64,000 nucleotides of DNA from an uncultured delta proteobacterium (GCA_963796475.1 CAWCLY010000003.1:80922-144921); one strand, 5' to 3'; counted from the stretch's first letter, positions 21,591 through 33,848 are shown. A program made the numbers and translations. Notes: generated by a model not told the origin, from the sequence alone.

Positions 21591-23651
21591 ATGCGTGTCA
21601 GCGACGAGATCCCCGTGGAGGGCGGGGCCCGGCCAGGGGGCCGTGTTCGCTTCGGCCGCTTCGAGTTCGACCCGAAGAGCCTTGAGCTCAAGGAGAGCGG
21701 CTCGCTGGTCCGCCTGCGGCAACAACCGGCGAAGGTCCTCAGCGTCCTGCTCGCCAATCCGGGAGGGATCGTCACCCGGGAGGAGCTTCGCGCCCAGGTG
21801 TGGGGCAGCGACACGCTGGTCGACTTCGATCAGGGCCTGAACTACTGCGTGAAGGAGATCCGGGCCGCGCTCGGAGACAACGCCGACGCCCCGTTCTACG
21901 TCGAGACACTGCCCCGTCGGGGGTATCGCTGGATCGGCCAGGTGGAGCCGCTTCCCGAGCCAGGTTCGCTCCCGGTCCCCTCCTCCACCCCGCGGCGCTC
22001 CCGCGCTCGGCTCCTGGCGATCCTGGGAGCGCTGCTCGCGTTCGCGCTCGGAGCTGCAGCGGGGGTGACGCTCACCCGGCAACGCGTCGCGGAGCCGCGT
22101 TGGCAGCGCCTCACCTTCCGCCGCGGGTCGATCACCTCCGCCCGGTTCGCCCCCGGCGGCGAGGTCGCCTACACCGCCGCATGGGACGGTGAACCGTCGA
22201 GGCTCCATGCGGGCCACCTGGGGGCCGCGGAGGCGCGGGTGGTTACCGGCGATGCGACGGCTCTGGCCGCGGTCACCTCACGCGGCGAGGCGCTCTACAT
22301 CCGCGGCGGGGGCTCGAACGTCCTGGCGCGGTCGCCGCTCGCCGGGGGAACCGAGAAGGCGCTGCTCGCCGGGGTGCTCTCCGCCGACGCGACGCCCGAT
22401 GGAAGCCGCATCGCCGCGGTGCACGCGCCGGGGGATGGCACCGGGCTCCGGGTGGAGTATCCGCTGGGAACGGTGATCGGCCGGGTGAACCAGCCTGGCG
22501 CGCTCCGGATCTCACCGAGTGGGCGAGAGGTTGCGGTGATCGAGCATCCCCTCAACGGCGACGACGCCGGACTCGTGCAGCTCTTTGGCACGGGCGGCGA
22601 GCACCGGGTGCTGGGCGAGCTCTGGGGCAGCCTGGAGGGCCTGGCGTGGTCGGCCACCGGAAGCGACGTCCTGGTGACTGCCGCCCGCGAGGGAGCAGAG
22701 ACCTCGCTGTACGCGATCTCCCGGGAGACCGGGAAGGCACGCCTCCTCCTCTCGACCGGTGGACGACTGGTGATCCGCGACGTCGCCGGGGATGGGCGGA
22801 TGCTTCTCGAGCGTGCCACCGTGCGTCCGCAGGTCTTCTTCGGCGCCGAGGGCAAGCCGGAGTGCGAGCTGACCTGGCTCGACGGAACCTCGCCGCACGA
22901 CCTCTCCACCGATGGCAGATGGGTCCTGCTCGCCGAGAGCGGGGAAGGCGGTGGCAAGGGCTACTCCGTCTACCTCCGTCGAACCGATTGCTCGCCACCG
23001 ATGCGACTCGGCACCGGACGGGCATTGACCCTCCTCCCGGACGGTACGGGAGCCCTGGCGGCCCCACTGGTCGGGGACGACCACGTCGACCTGCTCCCGA
23101 TCGGCGCCGGTGAGGTCAGGAGCCTCCGCGTGCCGGGGATCGTCAGCTTTCTCTGGGCCAAGCTTCGGCCCGATGGGCGGCTGCTCTTCTCCGGCCACGT
23201 GAAGGGCCGCAGCAGGCGGGTGTGGATCGCCGCTCCCGGCGGCGACCCGGAACCGATCACGCCCGAGCAGCTCCCGGGGATGCGGGACCTGCTCTCGCCC
23301 GATGGGCGGACATTCGTCGGACTCTGTCCACCGCGCGGCTTCTGTCTGTACCCGGTGGGAGCCCCGGGGGAACCGGTTCCGGTGGCGGCGCTCGGGCAGG
23401 CGACGCCGTTGACCTGGGACACCACCGGTTCGAGCCTGGTGATCGCCGAGCCGGCGGCGAGCGGAGTGGACCTCCTCTCGCTCGATCCGCGGACCGGGCA
23501 TCGCGTCCGGCTCCGCCACCTCGCGCCGGCGGACCCTGTCGGCGCGGGGGGCGTCGGACGGATCGTCGTCACGCCCGACGCTCGGGCCTGGGCCTACACC
23601 GTGGTCCGCCGCATGTCCGAGCTCTACGTGGTGGAGGGGCTGCGCCCGTGA
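21591..23651 (+). CDS. CadC/ToxR-like transmembrane transcriptional regulator: OmpR/PhoB-type winged helix + TM + TolB-like beta-propeller
   Basis: N-terminus RFGRFEFDPKSLELKESGSLVRLRQQPAKVLSVLLANPGGIVTREELRAQVWG...VETLPRRGYRW. TM segment LLAILGALLAFALGAAAGV. About 480-aa periplasmic part with repeated SPDG/TPDG/RPDG propeller motifs. Uninterrupted. Confidence 0.8.
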   Translation: MRVSDEIPVEGGARPGGRVRFGRFEFDPKSLELKESGSLVRLRQQPAKVLSVLLANPGGIVTREELRAQVWGSDTLVDFDQGLNYCVKEIRAALGDNADAPFYVETLPRRGYRWIGQVEPLPEPGSLPVPSSTPRRSRARLLAILGALLAFALGAAAGVTLTRQRVAEPRWQRLTFRRGSITSARFAPGGEVAYTAAWDGEPSRLHAGHLGAAEARVVTGDATALAAVTSRGEALYIRGGGSNVLARSPLAGGTEKALLAGVLSADATPDGSRIAAVHAPGDGTGLRVEYPLGTVIGRVNQPGALRISPSGREVAVIEHPLNGDDAGLVQLFGTGGEHRVLGELWGSLEGLAWSATGSDVLVTAAREGAETSLYAISRETGKARLLLSTGGRLVIRDVAGDGRMLLERATVRPQVFFGAEGKPECELTWLDGTSPHDLSTDGRWVLLAESGEGGGKGYSVYLRRTDCSPPMRLGTGRALTLLPDGTGALAAPLVGDDHVDLLPIGAGEVRSLRVPGIVSFLWAKLRPDGRLLFSGHVKGRSRRVWIAAPGGDPEPITPEQLPGMRDLLSPDGRTFVGLCPPRGFCLYPVGAPGEPVPVAALGQATPLTWDTTGSSLVIAEPAASGVDLLSLDPRTGHRVRLRHLAPADPVGAGGVGRIVVTPDARAWAYTVVRRMSELYVVEGLRP

Positions 23652-23691
23652 CGCACTACCGGCCGGGGGCGGTCCCAGGCAGCCCGCGGTG

Positions 23692-24216
23692 ATGGGAGCA
23701 CCCGGCGTGCTCCCCTGGCTGGTGCTCGGCTGCCTCGCGGTCGGGATCGGCGCGCTGTGGTGGCGTCGACGGCGTGAGGACGCCCGGCGCGCCGTGGCCT
23801 GGGACGCGCTGGCCCGCGGGTTCATGCTCGGGTTCGACGAGGGGAGCCGGAGCATCCGCGGGAAGTATCGGCTGCTCCGGCTGGAGATCACGGCGTCCCG
23901 GGCGCTGTTCGGACTCGGAGGCTGGGTCACCCGCATCTCGGCGCGGTACGAGGGAGTGGTGCCCGAGGGCCTCACCCTCGCGCTCGAGGGCGGCCGCGGC
24001 GGGCTCCGGGCCTCGGCACGGACGCCCGAGACGCTCGGGCGATGGCTCGACGCCCACCGCCGCCGGGAGCTGCTGCCCGCGCTCCTCCTGGGCGGAGTGC
24101 ACGTCTCTGGACACACCGCGACGCTGGACACGCCCGGACTGCTGACGGACCCGGAGGCGCTGCGCACCTTGCTCGGGCAGCTGGCGGAGCTGGCCAAGCT
24201 CCTGTCCCTGCGCTGA
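23692..24216 (+). CDS. hypothetical membrane-anchored protein
   Basis: N-terminal TM segment (VLPWLVLGCLAVGIGALWW) and good GC3 bias. No recognisable family. Confidence 0.45.
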   Translation: MGAPGVLPWLVLGCLAVGIGALWWRRRREDARRAVAWDALARGFMLGFDEGSRSIRGKYRLLRLEITASRALFGLGGWVTRISARYEGVVPEGLTLALEGGRGGLRASARTPETLGRWLDAHRRRELLPALLLGGVHVSGHTATLDTPGLLTDPEALRTLLGQLAELAKLLSLR

Positions 24217-24281
24217 TCACCGACGATGCGCACCCGCGCCGTGCCCGCACTCCTCCTGGACGTTGAGGCCGAGCCGCGGGC

Positions 24282-25718
<1,437 letters not shown>

Positions 25719-26363
25719 CTACTCGGCGGTGGTGCGCCGTCCTGCACGGACCCGCGCGTAGTGCCTCCGGGCCTTGTACTTGTTGCCGCAGGTCGCCATC
25801 TCGCACCAGCGGCGAGTTCCGTTCTTGCTGGTGTCCAGGAACAGCCAGCCGCAGCCGTCCATGGCCGTGGCCTCGCAGATCCGGACGCGGGCGCGCTCCG
25901 GTCCGGTGAGGATCTCGGAGGCCGCCAGCGCGAGCCCCGGGATGAATGCATCGAGCCGGGCGGATCCGGGTGACACCCACCGGTACTCGCGGTCCGGCGT
26001 GCGCACCAGTCGACGCTCGGACCAGGCCCGGCGCGCCTCCCGCTCGAACGCCTCGAGCGGCTCAGGAGCGGGCAGCGCGTCCTCCGAAACGGCGAGGAAC
26101 ACACGGAAAAGAGCCTCGCGAAACGCGCGCACCCTGGCCAGGGCCGCGCGGGCCTCGGCGGGGCGCAGCTGGATCTCCACCAGCATCGGGTGAGCACGCT
26201 CCTGGTCCAGCCAGCCGGACTGCAGGCCCCACGAGACCAGGTCCTCGGGCGTCTCGATGTCGTCGCGCGGGGCGGTCAGCCGGTGCCCTCCCACCGTGTT
26301 CAGGAAGTCGAGCACCGGATGGCCGCCTGCCAGCTTGAAGCGGTGTGTCCCCGGAAGGAGCAT
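25719..26363 (-). CDS. CGNR zinc-finger domain protein (ABATE family)
   Basis: C-terminus ...RWCEMATCGNKYKARRHYAR. Confidence 0.8.
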   Translation of the reverse strand: MLLPGTHRFKLAGGHPVLDFLNTVGGHRLTAPRDDIETPEDLVSWGLQSGWLDQERAHPMLVEIQLRPAEARAALARVRAFREALFRVFLAVSEDALPAPEPLEAFEREARRAWSERRLVRTPDREYRWVSPGSARLDAFIPGLALAASEILTGPERARVRICEATAMDGCGWLFLDTSKNGTRRWCEMATCGNKYKARRHYARVRAGRRTTAE

Positions 26364-26463
26364 GCCGGCATTCTAACCGTTCTCTTGCCCTTGACAGGTG
26401 AGAATCGATGGATCCATGTTGAAACCACTGAACCATATTTAGCTGGTTACAGGAGGACGTCCG

Positions 26464-27069
26464 ATGAAGCTGTTCTGGCGGCCACAGACACGGGCCTCGC
26501 GGGTGGAGTGGGTGCTGGCCGAGCTGGGCGAGCCGTACGAGCGGATCCTCGCACCCGAGAGCGGCACGCCGGCACGCCTCCAGCTACATCCGCTGGGGCG
26601 GGTGCCGGTGCTCGAGGATGATGCGGGCGTGCTGCGGTTCGAGTCGATCGCGCTCTGCACCTGGCTCGCGGACCGGCGCCCCGAGCGCGGGCTCATCCCG
26701 CGAGCCGGGACACCCGAACGGGGGACGCACGACCAGTGGCTGATGCTCGCGGTGACCGAGGTGGAACCGCTCCTCGACCTGATCTGCCTGCACTCCGAGG
26801 ACCTGCCCCCCGACCAGCGCCTCCCGGCGGTCATCCCCTGGGCCAGCGAGCGTCTGCGTCCACCGCTGGCGCTCCTCGAGCGGACGCTCGCCAGCCGCGA
26901 CACGCTCCTCGCCGAGGCGACGGTGTTCGATCTGGTCCTGGCCGCGATGCTCGCCTGGGCAGGCCGTCAGGGCCATCTCGCCCGCTTCCCCGAGCTCGCT
27001 GCCTATCGGGACCGACTCCTCCAGCGCCCCATGGCCCGTCGACTCTTTGCCGAGGCCCCGCCGTGCTGA
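26464..27069 (+). CDS. glutathione S-transferase family protein
   Basis: Thioredoxin-like N-domain (...LHPLGRVPVLEDDAGVLRFESIAL...) plus a helical C-domain. Confidence 0.8.
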   Translation: MKLFWRPQTRASRVEWVLAELGEPYERILAPESGTPARLQLHPLGRVPVLEDDAGVLRFESIALCTWLADRRPERGLIPRAGTPERGTHDQWLMLAVTEVEPLLDLICLHSEDLPPDQRLPAVIPWASERLRPPLALLERTLASRDTLLAEATVFDLVLAAMLAWAGRQGHLARFPELAAYRDRLLQRPMARRLFAEAPPC

Positions 27070-27965
27070 CCGCGGTTGCGAGAGGCGAGTGGCCGAGGCC
27101 CCGCACCGTCCTCGACGCCCCCTCGAATCTCGGGCTCGCCCCGCCCGCGCCAGGTCGTGAGCCCGGGACTCGTCGGATGCCCGAGGTGCTGCGCTGGAAC
27201 GGGCTCCGCACCAGGCTGGGCGCGCGCGACGCCGGCCGTGTCGAGGCGCCGCCCTACGGCACCGGGATTCACCCTTCCGGGATCCGGAACGCCGAGGCAA
27301 TCGCCCGCCACGCGCGGACGCTCGCCGACACCGTGGAGAGCATCGTGCTGCGCGAGGAGCTGGCGGTGGTGCTCGGCGGCGATTGCAGCATCCTCCTCGG
27401 AAATCTGCTCGGGGCCCGCCGCCACGTGGAGCGGCTGGGGCTGGTCTTCCTCGACGGGCACTCGGACTTCGCCACCCCCGAGCGCTCGGGGACATCCGGC
27501 GCCGCCGGGATGGATCTCGCGCTGGCGGTGGGCGTCGGTCCCGGTCTGCTCTCCGGGCTCGCTCCCGACGGGCCGCTGGTCGCGCGGGACTCGGTCGTCC
27601 ACCTCGGGCTCCGGGAGGACGACCCCGTGCTTCGGTCCTCCGGCATCCCGGTTTTCGACCTGGCGGAGATCGAGCGGGCCGGGCCGACGGCGATCGCCGC
27701 CCGGGTGCTCGAGCGTCTGGACCATCTCCCCGGGTTCTGGATCCACGTGGACGCCGACGTGCTCGCCGACGACATCATGCCCGCGGTGGACTCGCGCGTA
27801 CCCGGTGGACTGTCGTACGAGGCGCTGGTGGGGCTGATCCGTCCACTCCTCGCCTCCCCCCGCGCGCTCGGGGTGGAGCTCACCATCTACGACCCGGACC
27901 GCGATCCCGAAGGGAGCGTGGGCCGGGCATTCACCGCCGCGCTGGTGGAGGCACTCCGACCGTGA
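27063..27965 (+). CDS. arginase/agmatinase/formimidoylglutamase-family (ureohydrolase) protein
   Basis: GTG 27063 overlaps the GST stop. Metal-site motifs VLGGDCS, FLDGHSDF and HVDADVLADDIMPAVD. Confidence 0.75.
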   Translation: MLTAVARGEWPRPRTVLDAPSNLGLAPPAPGREPGTRRMPEVLRWNGLRTRLGARDAGRVEAPPYGTGIHPSGIRNAEAIARHARTLADTVESIVLREELAVVLGGDCSILLGNLLGARRHVERLGLVFLDGHSDFATPERSGTSGAAGMDLALAVGVGPGLLSGLAPDGPLVARDSVVHLGLREDDPVLRSSGIPVFDLAEIERAGPTAIAARVLERLDHLPGFWIHVDADVLADDIMPAVDSRVPGGLSYEALVGLIRPLLASPRALGVELTIYDPDRDPEGSVGRAFTAALVEALRP

Positions 27966-29326
27966 ACCACGACGCACGCGCCTGGGCCGAGGGGCACCGT
28001 TCCTTCTTCGAGGACCGCCTGCGCACGCTGGTCGAGCTGCCCACCATCAGCATGGACCCAGCCCGTGGACCGGAGACCGAGGCCTGCGCCGAGGCCGCGC
28101 TCGCCCTGGTCCGTCACTTCGGCGGCGAGGCGCGGCTGCTCCGCGTGAAGGGAAAGCCTTACGTGCACGGCCGCTTCGGCGACCCGCGCCGCCCCTCGGT
28201 GCTGGTCTACAACCATCTCGACGTCCAGCCGGCCGAGGAGCCCGAGTGGAAGGGCGAGCCGTTCCGGATGCGCATCGACGGCGAGCGCTACCTCGGACGC
28301 GGCACCACCGACGACAAGGGGCCCGCCCTGGCCTGTCTGCTCGCCATCGCCCATGCGGTCCGCCGCGATCCCTCGCTCGGCCTCCAGCTGCTCTGGGAGT
28401 TCGAGGAGGAGGTGGGGAGCCCGCACTTTCAGGACATGCTCCGGGAACACCGCTCCGCCATCGGCGACGTGCGCGCGGTGCTGGTCTCGGACACCCTGTG
28501 GGTCTCCGCCGAGCAACCGTCGATGGACGTGGGCCTGCGCGGGTTCCAGGCGCTGACCCTGAAGCTACGGACGGCGGACGTCGACGCGCACTCGGGGGTC
28601 GTGGGCGGCGGGGCGCCCAATCCCATCGCCGGGCTGGCGCGGGTGCTGGCGGCCTGCTTCGACGCGCGCACCGGACGCATCCTCGTCCCCGGCGTGCTGG
28701 ACGGCATGCTCCCGGTGAGCGACGCGGAGATGGACCTGTACGTGCGGAGCGGCTTCGACGTGGAGCGCTTCCGGAGCACGTACGGGTTCCGGCGCCTGAT
28801 GGCGAGCGATGCGCGCGCGCTGCTCCGGCGTCTCTGGACCGAGCCCACCTTCGAGGTGCACGGCATCTCCGGCGGCTACCAGGGTGCGGGCATCAAGAGC
28901 ATCGTGCCGGCCTGGGCCGAGGCGAAGGTCAGCCTGCGGCTCGTCCCCGGGCAGTCACCGGCGCGGGTGGTGGAAGCGATCCGGAGCTTCGTGGCCGAGC
29001 TCGACCCCCTGGTCGAGGTCGTCCCGCTCGGCTCCGCTCCGGCGTTCGTCACCTCGGTGGACGCGCCGGAGTGCAAGGCGATGGACCGCGCGGCCGAGCG
29101 TGTGCTCGGCAAGGGACTCGCCCTGACCCGCGGCGGCGGCTCGATCCCCGCGGTGGCCATCATGGCCGAGACCTTCCGGGCGCCGGTGCTCCTGACGGGA
29201 CTGAGCCTGCCGGAGCACGGCTACCACGCGCCGAACGAGTTCTTCGACTGGACGCAGGCGCGACGCGGCGTCGAGCTCTACTCGGCGTGGTTCGAGGAGC
29301 TGGAGCGGCTCCCGGAGCGGGCCTGA
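27962..29326 (+). CDS. M20-family metallopeptidase/dipeptidase
   Basis: GTGA overlap with the upstream stop. YNHLDVQP, GRGTTDDKGP, EFEEEVGSP and an HGYHAPNE tail. Confidence 0.85.
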   Translation: MNHDARAWAEGHRSFFEDRLRTLVELPTISMDPARGPETEACAEAALALVRHFGGEARLLRVKGKPYVHGRFGDPRRPSVLVYNHLDVQPAEEPEWKGEPFRMRIDGERYLGRGTTDDKGPALACLLAIAHAVRRDPSLGLQLLWEFEEEVGSPHFQDMLREHRSAIGDVRAVLVSDTLWVSAEQPSMDVGLRGFQALTLKLRTADVDAHSGVVGGGAPNPIAGLARVLAACFDARTGRILVPGVLDGMLPVSDAEMDLYVRSGFDVERFRSTYGFRRLMASDARALLRRLWTEPTFEVHGISGGYQGAGIKSIVPAWAEAKVSLRLVPGQSPARVVEAIRSFVAELDPLVEVVPLGSAPAFVTSVDAPECKAMDRAAERVLGKGLALTRGGGSIPAVAIMAETFRAPVLLTGLSLPEHGYHAPNEFFDWTQARRGVELYSAWFEELERLPERA

Positions 29327-29330
29327 GGCG

Positions 29331-31759
29331 TCACTCCGCACCGAGCGCGATGACCGGGTCCACCTGCGTCGCGCGCCGGACCGGGAGCACCGTCGCCAGC
29401 ACCGCCGCCATTGCGAGCATCGCCGCCGCCGCCACCAGTGCGAGCGGGTCCGCCGGGCCCACGCCGTAGAGGAACCCGGCGAGCACCCTGGCTGCGGCGA
29501 GCGCTGCGATCAGGCCCGCGGCCAGCCCGGCGCCGACCATCCTCGCGCTCTCGCCCGCCACGAGGCGGGCGATCCGCCCTGCGTCCGCGCCGATGGCCAT
29601 CCGGACTCCGATCTCCTTCGTGCGCTGGCGCACCGAGTAGGCCACCACCCCGTAGAGACCCACCGCCGCGAGAACCAGGGCGAGCACGGCGAAGGTTGCC
29701 ACCAGGACCAGCGAGAACCGCCGCGCGGCCACCGAGGCAGTGAGGAGCGACTCCAGCGGCCCGACACCATAGACCGGAATGCCCGGGTCGACCGCCTCGA
29801 GCGCGGCCTCCGTGGACCTGCGCAGCTGGGCGAACGGGGCGGCCGAGCGCACCACATAGCTCATGCCGTCGGTGGGCTGCTGCGCGTGGGGAAAGTACAT
29901 GATCGGCAGCACCGGCTCGTCGAGACCCAGCTCGCGCACGTCGCCGACCACGCCGACCACGGTGGCCCAGTCGGTCGCCGGCGAGCTGAGGCTGATCCGC
30001 TGACCGAGCGCATCTCCCCGGGGGAAGATCTTCCGTGCGAAGGACTGGTTCACCACCACCACCCGCGGCGCGTTCTCGCCGTCGGAGTCGTGGATCGTCC
30101 GTCCCTGGAGCAACGGGATCCGCAACGTCTCGAAGAAGCCCGGCGCCACTGCGCGATACTGCTCGTCGAGCAGCTCGTCCCCCGACTGCGGAGTCCGGCC
30201 CTCGACGGAGAAGAGGCGGTCCGAACGATTGGCGCTGAGCGGGAGCGCGCTGATTGCTCCGGCCGATTCGACGCCCGGAAGGGCAGCCAGCGCCTTCACC
30301 GCACCGTCGACGTAGCGACGGTACCGGGCCTCGGCCTGATCGTGTGGCGTGCCGGATGGTGTCGGGACCACCGCCTGGAGCGTCAGCACGCCATTCGCCC
30401 GGAAGCCGGGGTCGACCCCGAGCGCCTCGACGAAGCTGCGCAGGAGCAACGCGGCCGCGCAGAGCAAAACCAGCGCCAGCCCCACGTCCACCGCGACCAG
30501 GACGCGGCGCAGCCGCCGCGCCCGGGGCCGCATCGACCCCGAGCCACGGAGAGTGCCTTCCAGATCGAGGTCCGAGGCAGAGAGCGCCGGCACCAGCCCG
30601 AACAGCACGCCGCTTCCGAGCGCGGTCAGGCCGGCGAAGCCCAGCACCACCCAGTCGAGGTGGACGGTCTGTGCACGCGGGATCGACCCGGGGGCAAGCG
30701 AGAGGAGCGCAGAGGTCGTCCCGAGGGCAAGCACGATGCCCAGCACGCCGGCGGCCAAGGAGAGCACGAGGCTCTCCACGAGGAGCTGGCGCACCAGCGC
30801 CGACCGGCCTGCGCCGAGCGCGGAATCGGATGGCGAGCTCCCGCTGTCGCGAGGTCGCGCGGGCGAGCATCAGGTTGCCCACGTTGAAGCAGGCAATGAG
30901 CAGGACCACCGAGACCGCGGCGAAGAGCAGCATCAGGCTCGGGCGAACCGCGCGGACGGTGTCCTCCTGGAACGGGATCGGGGTGAAGGCGAACCGGAAC
31001 GACTTGTAGGCCTCCGGGTGGTCCTCGATCGTCCGCCGGGAGATGTCCGCCAGCTCGCGCCGGGCGGACTCGAGCGTGCTCCCCGGAGCGAGCCGCGCCA
31101 CCGCCGAGAGGTAGTGCCAGTTGCGGGCCATGGGCTGGAGCTGCATGGGCTCGAAGGCCAGTGGAACCCACACGTCACAGAGCTCCGGGAGCTCGATGCC
31201 GGCGGGGAGGACGCCGACCACCACGTGGGGCTCCCCGTCCACCAGGAGCGTCCGGCCGAGGGCCGCCGGATCTCCCCCGAACCGCCGGAGCCACAAGGCG
31301 TGCGAGAGGACGATCCGGTGGTTCTGCCCCTGGACCTCCTCGTCGGGCGAGAACCAGCGGCCGAGCGCGGGCTGCAGTCCGAGCACGGGGAGCAGCGAGG
31401 CCGTCCCGACGCCGGCGCGGATGTGCTCCGCCGGACCATCACCGGCGAGAGACATCTCCTGGGCCACCCACAGGGCCTTCCCCTGCAGCGACGGCGTGGA
31501 GGCGAGATCCTCGGTGTAGTTCAGCGCGGAGAGCGGACCGCCACGGCCGGGATTCCCCGGCGTCGTCCGCCGAATGCCGGACCAGGCGATCCGGGTGCGC
31601 GTACGGCAGTGGACGGAGAAGAACGCCGCGGATCACGCTGAAGAGCGCGGTGTTCGCACCCAGCGCGAGCGCCATCGGCAGCACCACCGCCGCGACGAAG
31701 CCGGGTGAGCGGACGAACAGCCGTAACGCCTCTCGTAGCTCCCGGTTCAGCCCCGTCAT
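29331..31759 (-). pseudogene. ADOP-type duplicated ABC-transporter permease (MacB_PCD + FtsX x2), frameshifted repeatedly
   Basis: N-terminus MTGLNRELREALRLFVRSPGFVAAVVLPMALALGANTALFSVIRGVLLRPLPYAHPDRLV. Body spread over ORFs 29331..30794, 29278..31467 and 31439..31867. No ATPase gene adjacent. Confidence 0.8.
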
Positions 31760-31960
31760 GGGGTCGAAGACCAGAGCGAGAACCGTGCCATCGCGCTGCC
31801 CTCCAGGGGATGCCCCTGGGGAAGACCGCTCGTGGGATGGACCGTCCCACAAACGGGCGGCTGTCACCCGTCGAAGAACGTGGGGTCGGGCTCGGCGACC
31901 AGCCGCGCGCGTTCATCTTCCTGGGCACGAAGCCGCGCCAGCTCTCGCGACCGGGCCGCC

Positions 31961-33190
31961 TCAACCCCGCTCGACTCGCTCGGCGCCCGAGAGCCGCCGG
32001 TGCGCTTCCAGCGCTCGCTCGAGCGCGGCATCGAACGCAATCCGCTCGGTGCGGCGCATTCGGTGCTCGAGTCGAGGTGCAGGGATGCGGAGCACGCCCG
32101 CCTTCCGGTCGATGCGTGGCTCGATGCGGCCGACGAGCCGGTCGCCCCAGAGGAGGGGCAGCACGTAGTACCCGTGCTTGCGCGCCTTCGCCGGGACGTA
32201 AACCTCCCAGACGTAGTCGAAGTCGAACAGCTGCCGGAGCAGCTCGCGGTCCCAGACCAGCGGGTCCAGCGGCGCGAGGAGGGCCACCTCGTGCTTGCGA
32301 AGCGCGCCGCCGCGGAGGAAGCGTGCGTCGGAGGCGAGCATGAAGCGCTCGTCGCGGACGCCCTGGACTGCACCCGCCGGAGCGTTCCGTCGGCGACCAT
32401 CGTCTCGGTGAGGCCGATCCGCTCCCGGGCAGGCACGGTGCCGGACCAGAATCTCCGCCCCGGCGCGCAACCCCAGCAGCCCCACGCCGCGGAACCGGCT
32501 CAGGAGCTGGTGCCGCCGGACCTCCTCGTCGGGGAGGCGGCGCTCGAGCAGCGCCGGCGGGAAGAGGCGCTCCATCCGGTCGTAGACCCGCACGTTGCCG
32601 AGCCTCCGGGCGATGCCGATCTGCCCGGTCCGGAAGAGCGCGTAGAGCACCGCCCGGGGCAGCGTGAGGCTTCCCCAGCCCCAGAGGAGTCGCGGCCCGC
32701 TCCGCTCGACGAAGGCGTTGCCGGGAAGCGCGCCCTCCCGATCGAGCCGCCCGAGGATCGCAGCAGCGAGGTCGGCGTGCTTGTGGAGCAGCCGGTGATA
32801 CACCCCGTCGCGCCGGGCCCACTGCTCCCAGTCCACCCGGTGCACGGGGAGCTCCTCGACCGGGAGGATGTTGAGCGACTTGTTGTAGGCCTCGAAGAGC
32901 TTCCGCTCGGCCCCGTACAGCCAGCGCTCCATCCAGCCGCGGCGGTAGTTCCGGATGCGTGCGGCGAGGACCAGGTCGTCGTTCCGGGCGCCGGTGACCT
33001 CCAGGGGATCGAACTGCACCGAGCCCAGCTCGCGAACGACGCGCAGCACTGACTCTGCGCGTGCCGGCAGCGATCGCGGAGGGGCGAGGAAGTGCCGGCG
33101 GACGAGGAACCGGCGGGCCTGCTCGGCGGTGAGCTCGAGGGATTCGCGCAGATCACCGCCCTCGGCGAGACCGGCCGTCTCAGGCGCCAT
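31961..33190 (-). pseudogene. YcaQ/AlkZ-like winged-helix DNA glycosylase (DUF1006), two compensating frameshifts
   Basis: MAPETAGLAEGGDL...LELTAEQARRFLVRRHFL...VRELGSVQFDPL...HGYYVLPLLWGDRLVGRIEPRIDRKAGVL. The segment ~32375-32445 reads correctly only in the frame of ORF 31864..32436. Confidence 0.7.
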
Positions 33191-33781
33191 CCTGCTCCGC
33201 CAGCACCTGGGCGAGGGTCTTTCCGTACGGATGGAACCGGGCCTTCTCGCCCGCGGCCCAGGCCTGGCGCAGCGCGGGATCTGACAGGTCCCAGTCGGGC
33301 CGGCACCTCTGGAGGACCGCCCGGAGGTCTCGCCGCAGCTCCTCGACCGTGGGCCGGCCGAAGAACCAGTACCCGTTGTAGAGGCTGAAATCTTGAGGCC
33401 CGGCTCCAGCACCAGGGTGTGCGGGACCATCGGGTTGTGCGTCGGGTCGGTGTACTCGGCGATGTCGAGGTCCTTCTGCACCTTCCGCCCGGCGTCGGAG
33501 AGGAAGGTCCAGTGCGCCCCCACCCCGCTGCGGAACTCGTTCAGCTCCACGAGCGAGTCCGTCGAGATGGTCACCATCCGGCAGTACCCGACCTCCATCT
33601 CGCGGTGAATCTGGACCAGCCCCTCGTGCTGGCGCCGGTCCTTTGGGCAGAAGGCGCCACGACTCAGGACGAGCACCAGCGGGTCCGGGCCCTGCAGCAC
33701 GGAGAGCTTGCGACGCTTTCCGGTGTGGTCGGTCAGCTCGAAATCAGGGAACGACGCTCCGGGGACGATGTCGGCTCGCAC
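33180..33781 (-). pseudogene. peroxiredoxin-like (AhpC/TSA-redoxin) protein, one frameshift (~33390)
   Basis: MRADIVPGASFPDFELTDHTGKRRKLSVL...LSRGAFCPKD...WTFLSDAG. The tail ...YPFGRPTVEELRRDL...AEQDGA lies in another frame. The 3' end overlaps the ycaQ-like start by 11 nt. Confidence 0.65.
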
Positions 33782-33848
33782 GGCGTCGCACCTTGTCCCG
33801 GTCCCCGGCGCCGGCTCAAGCCGCCTCGCGCTGGAATGTCAGAGCGGC

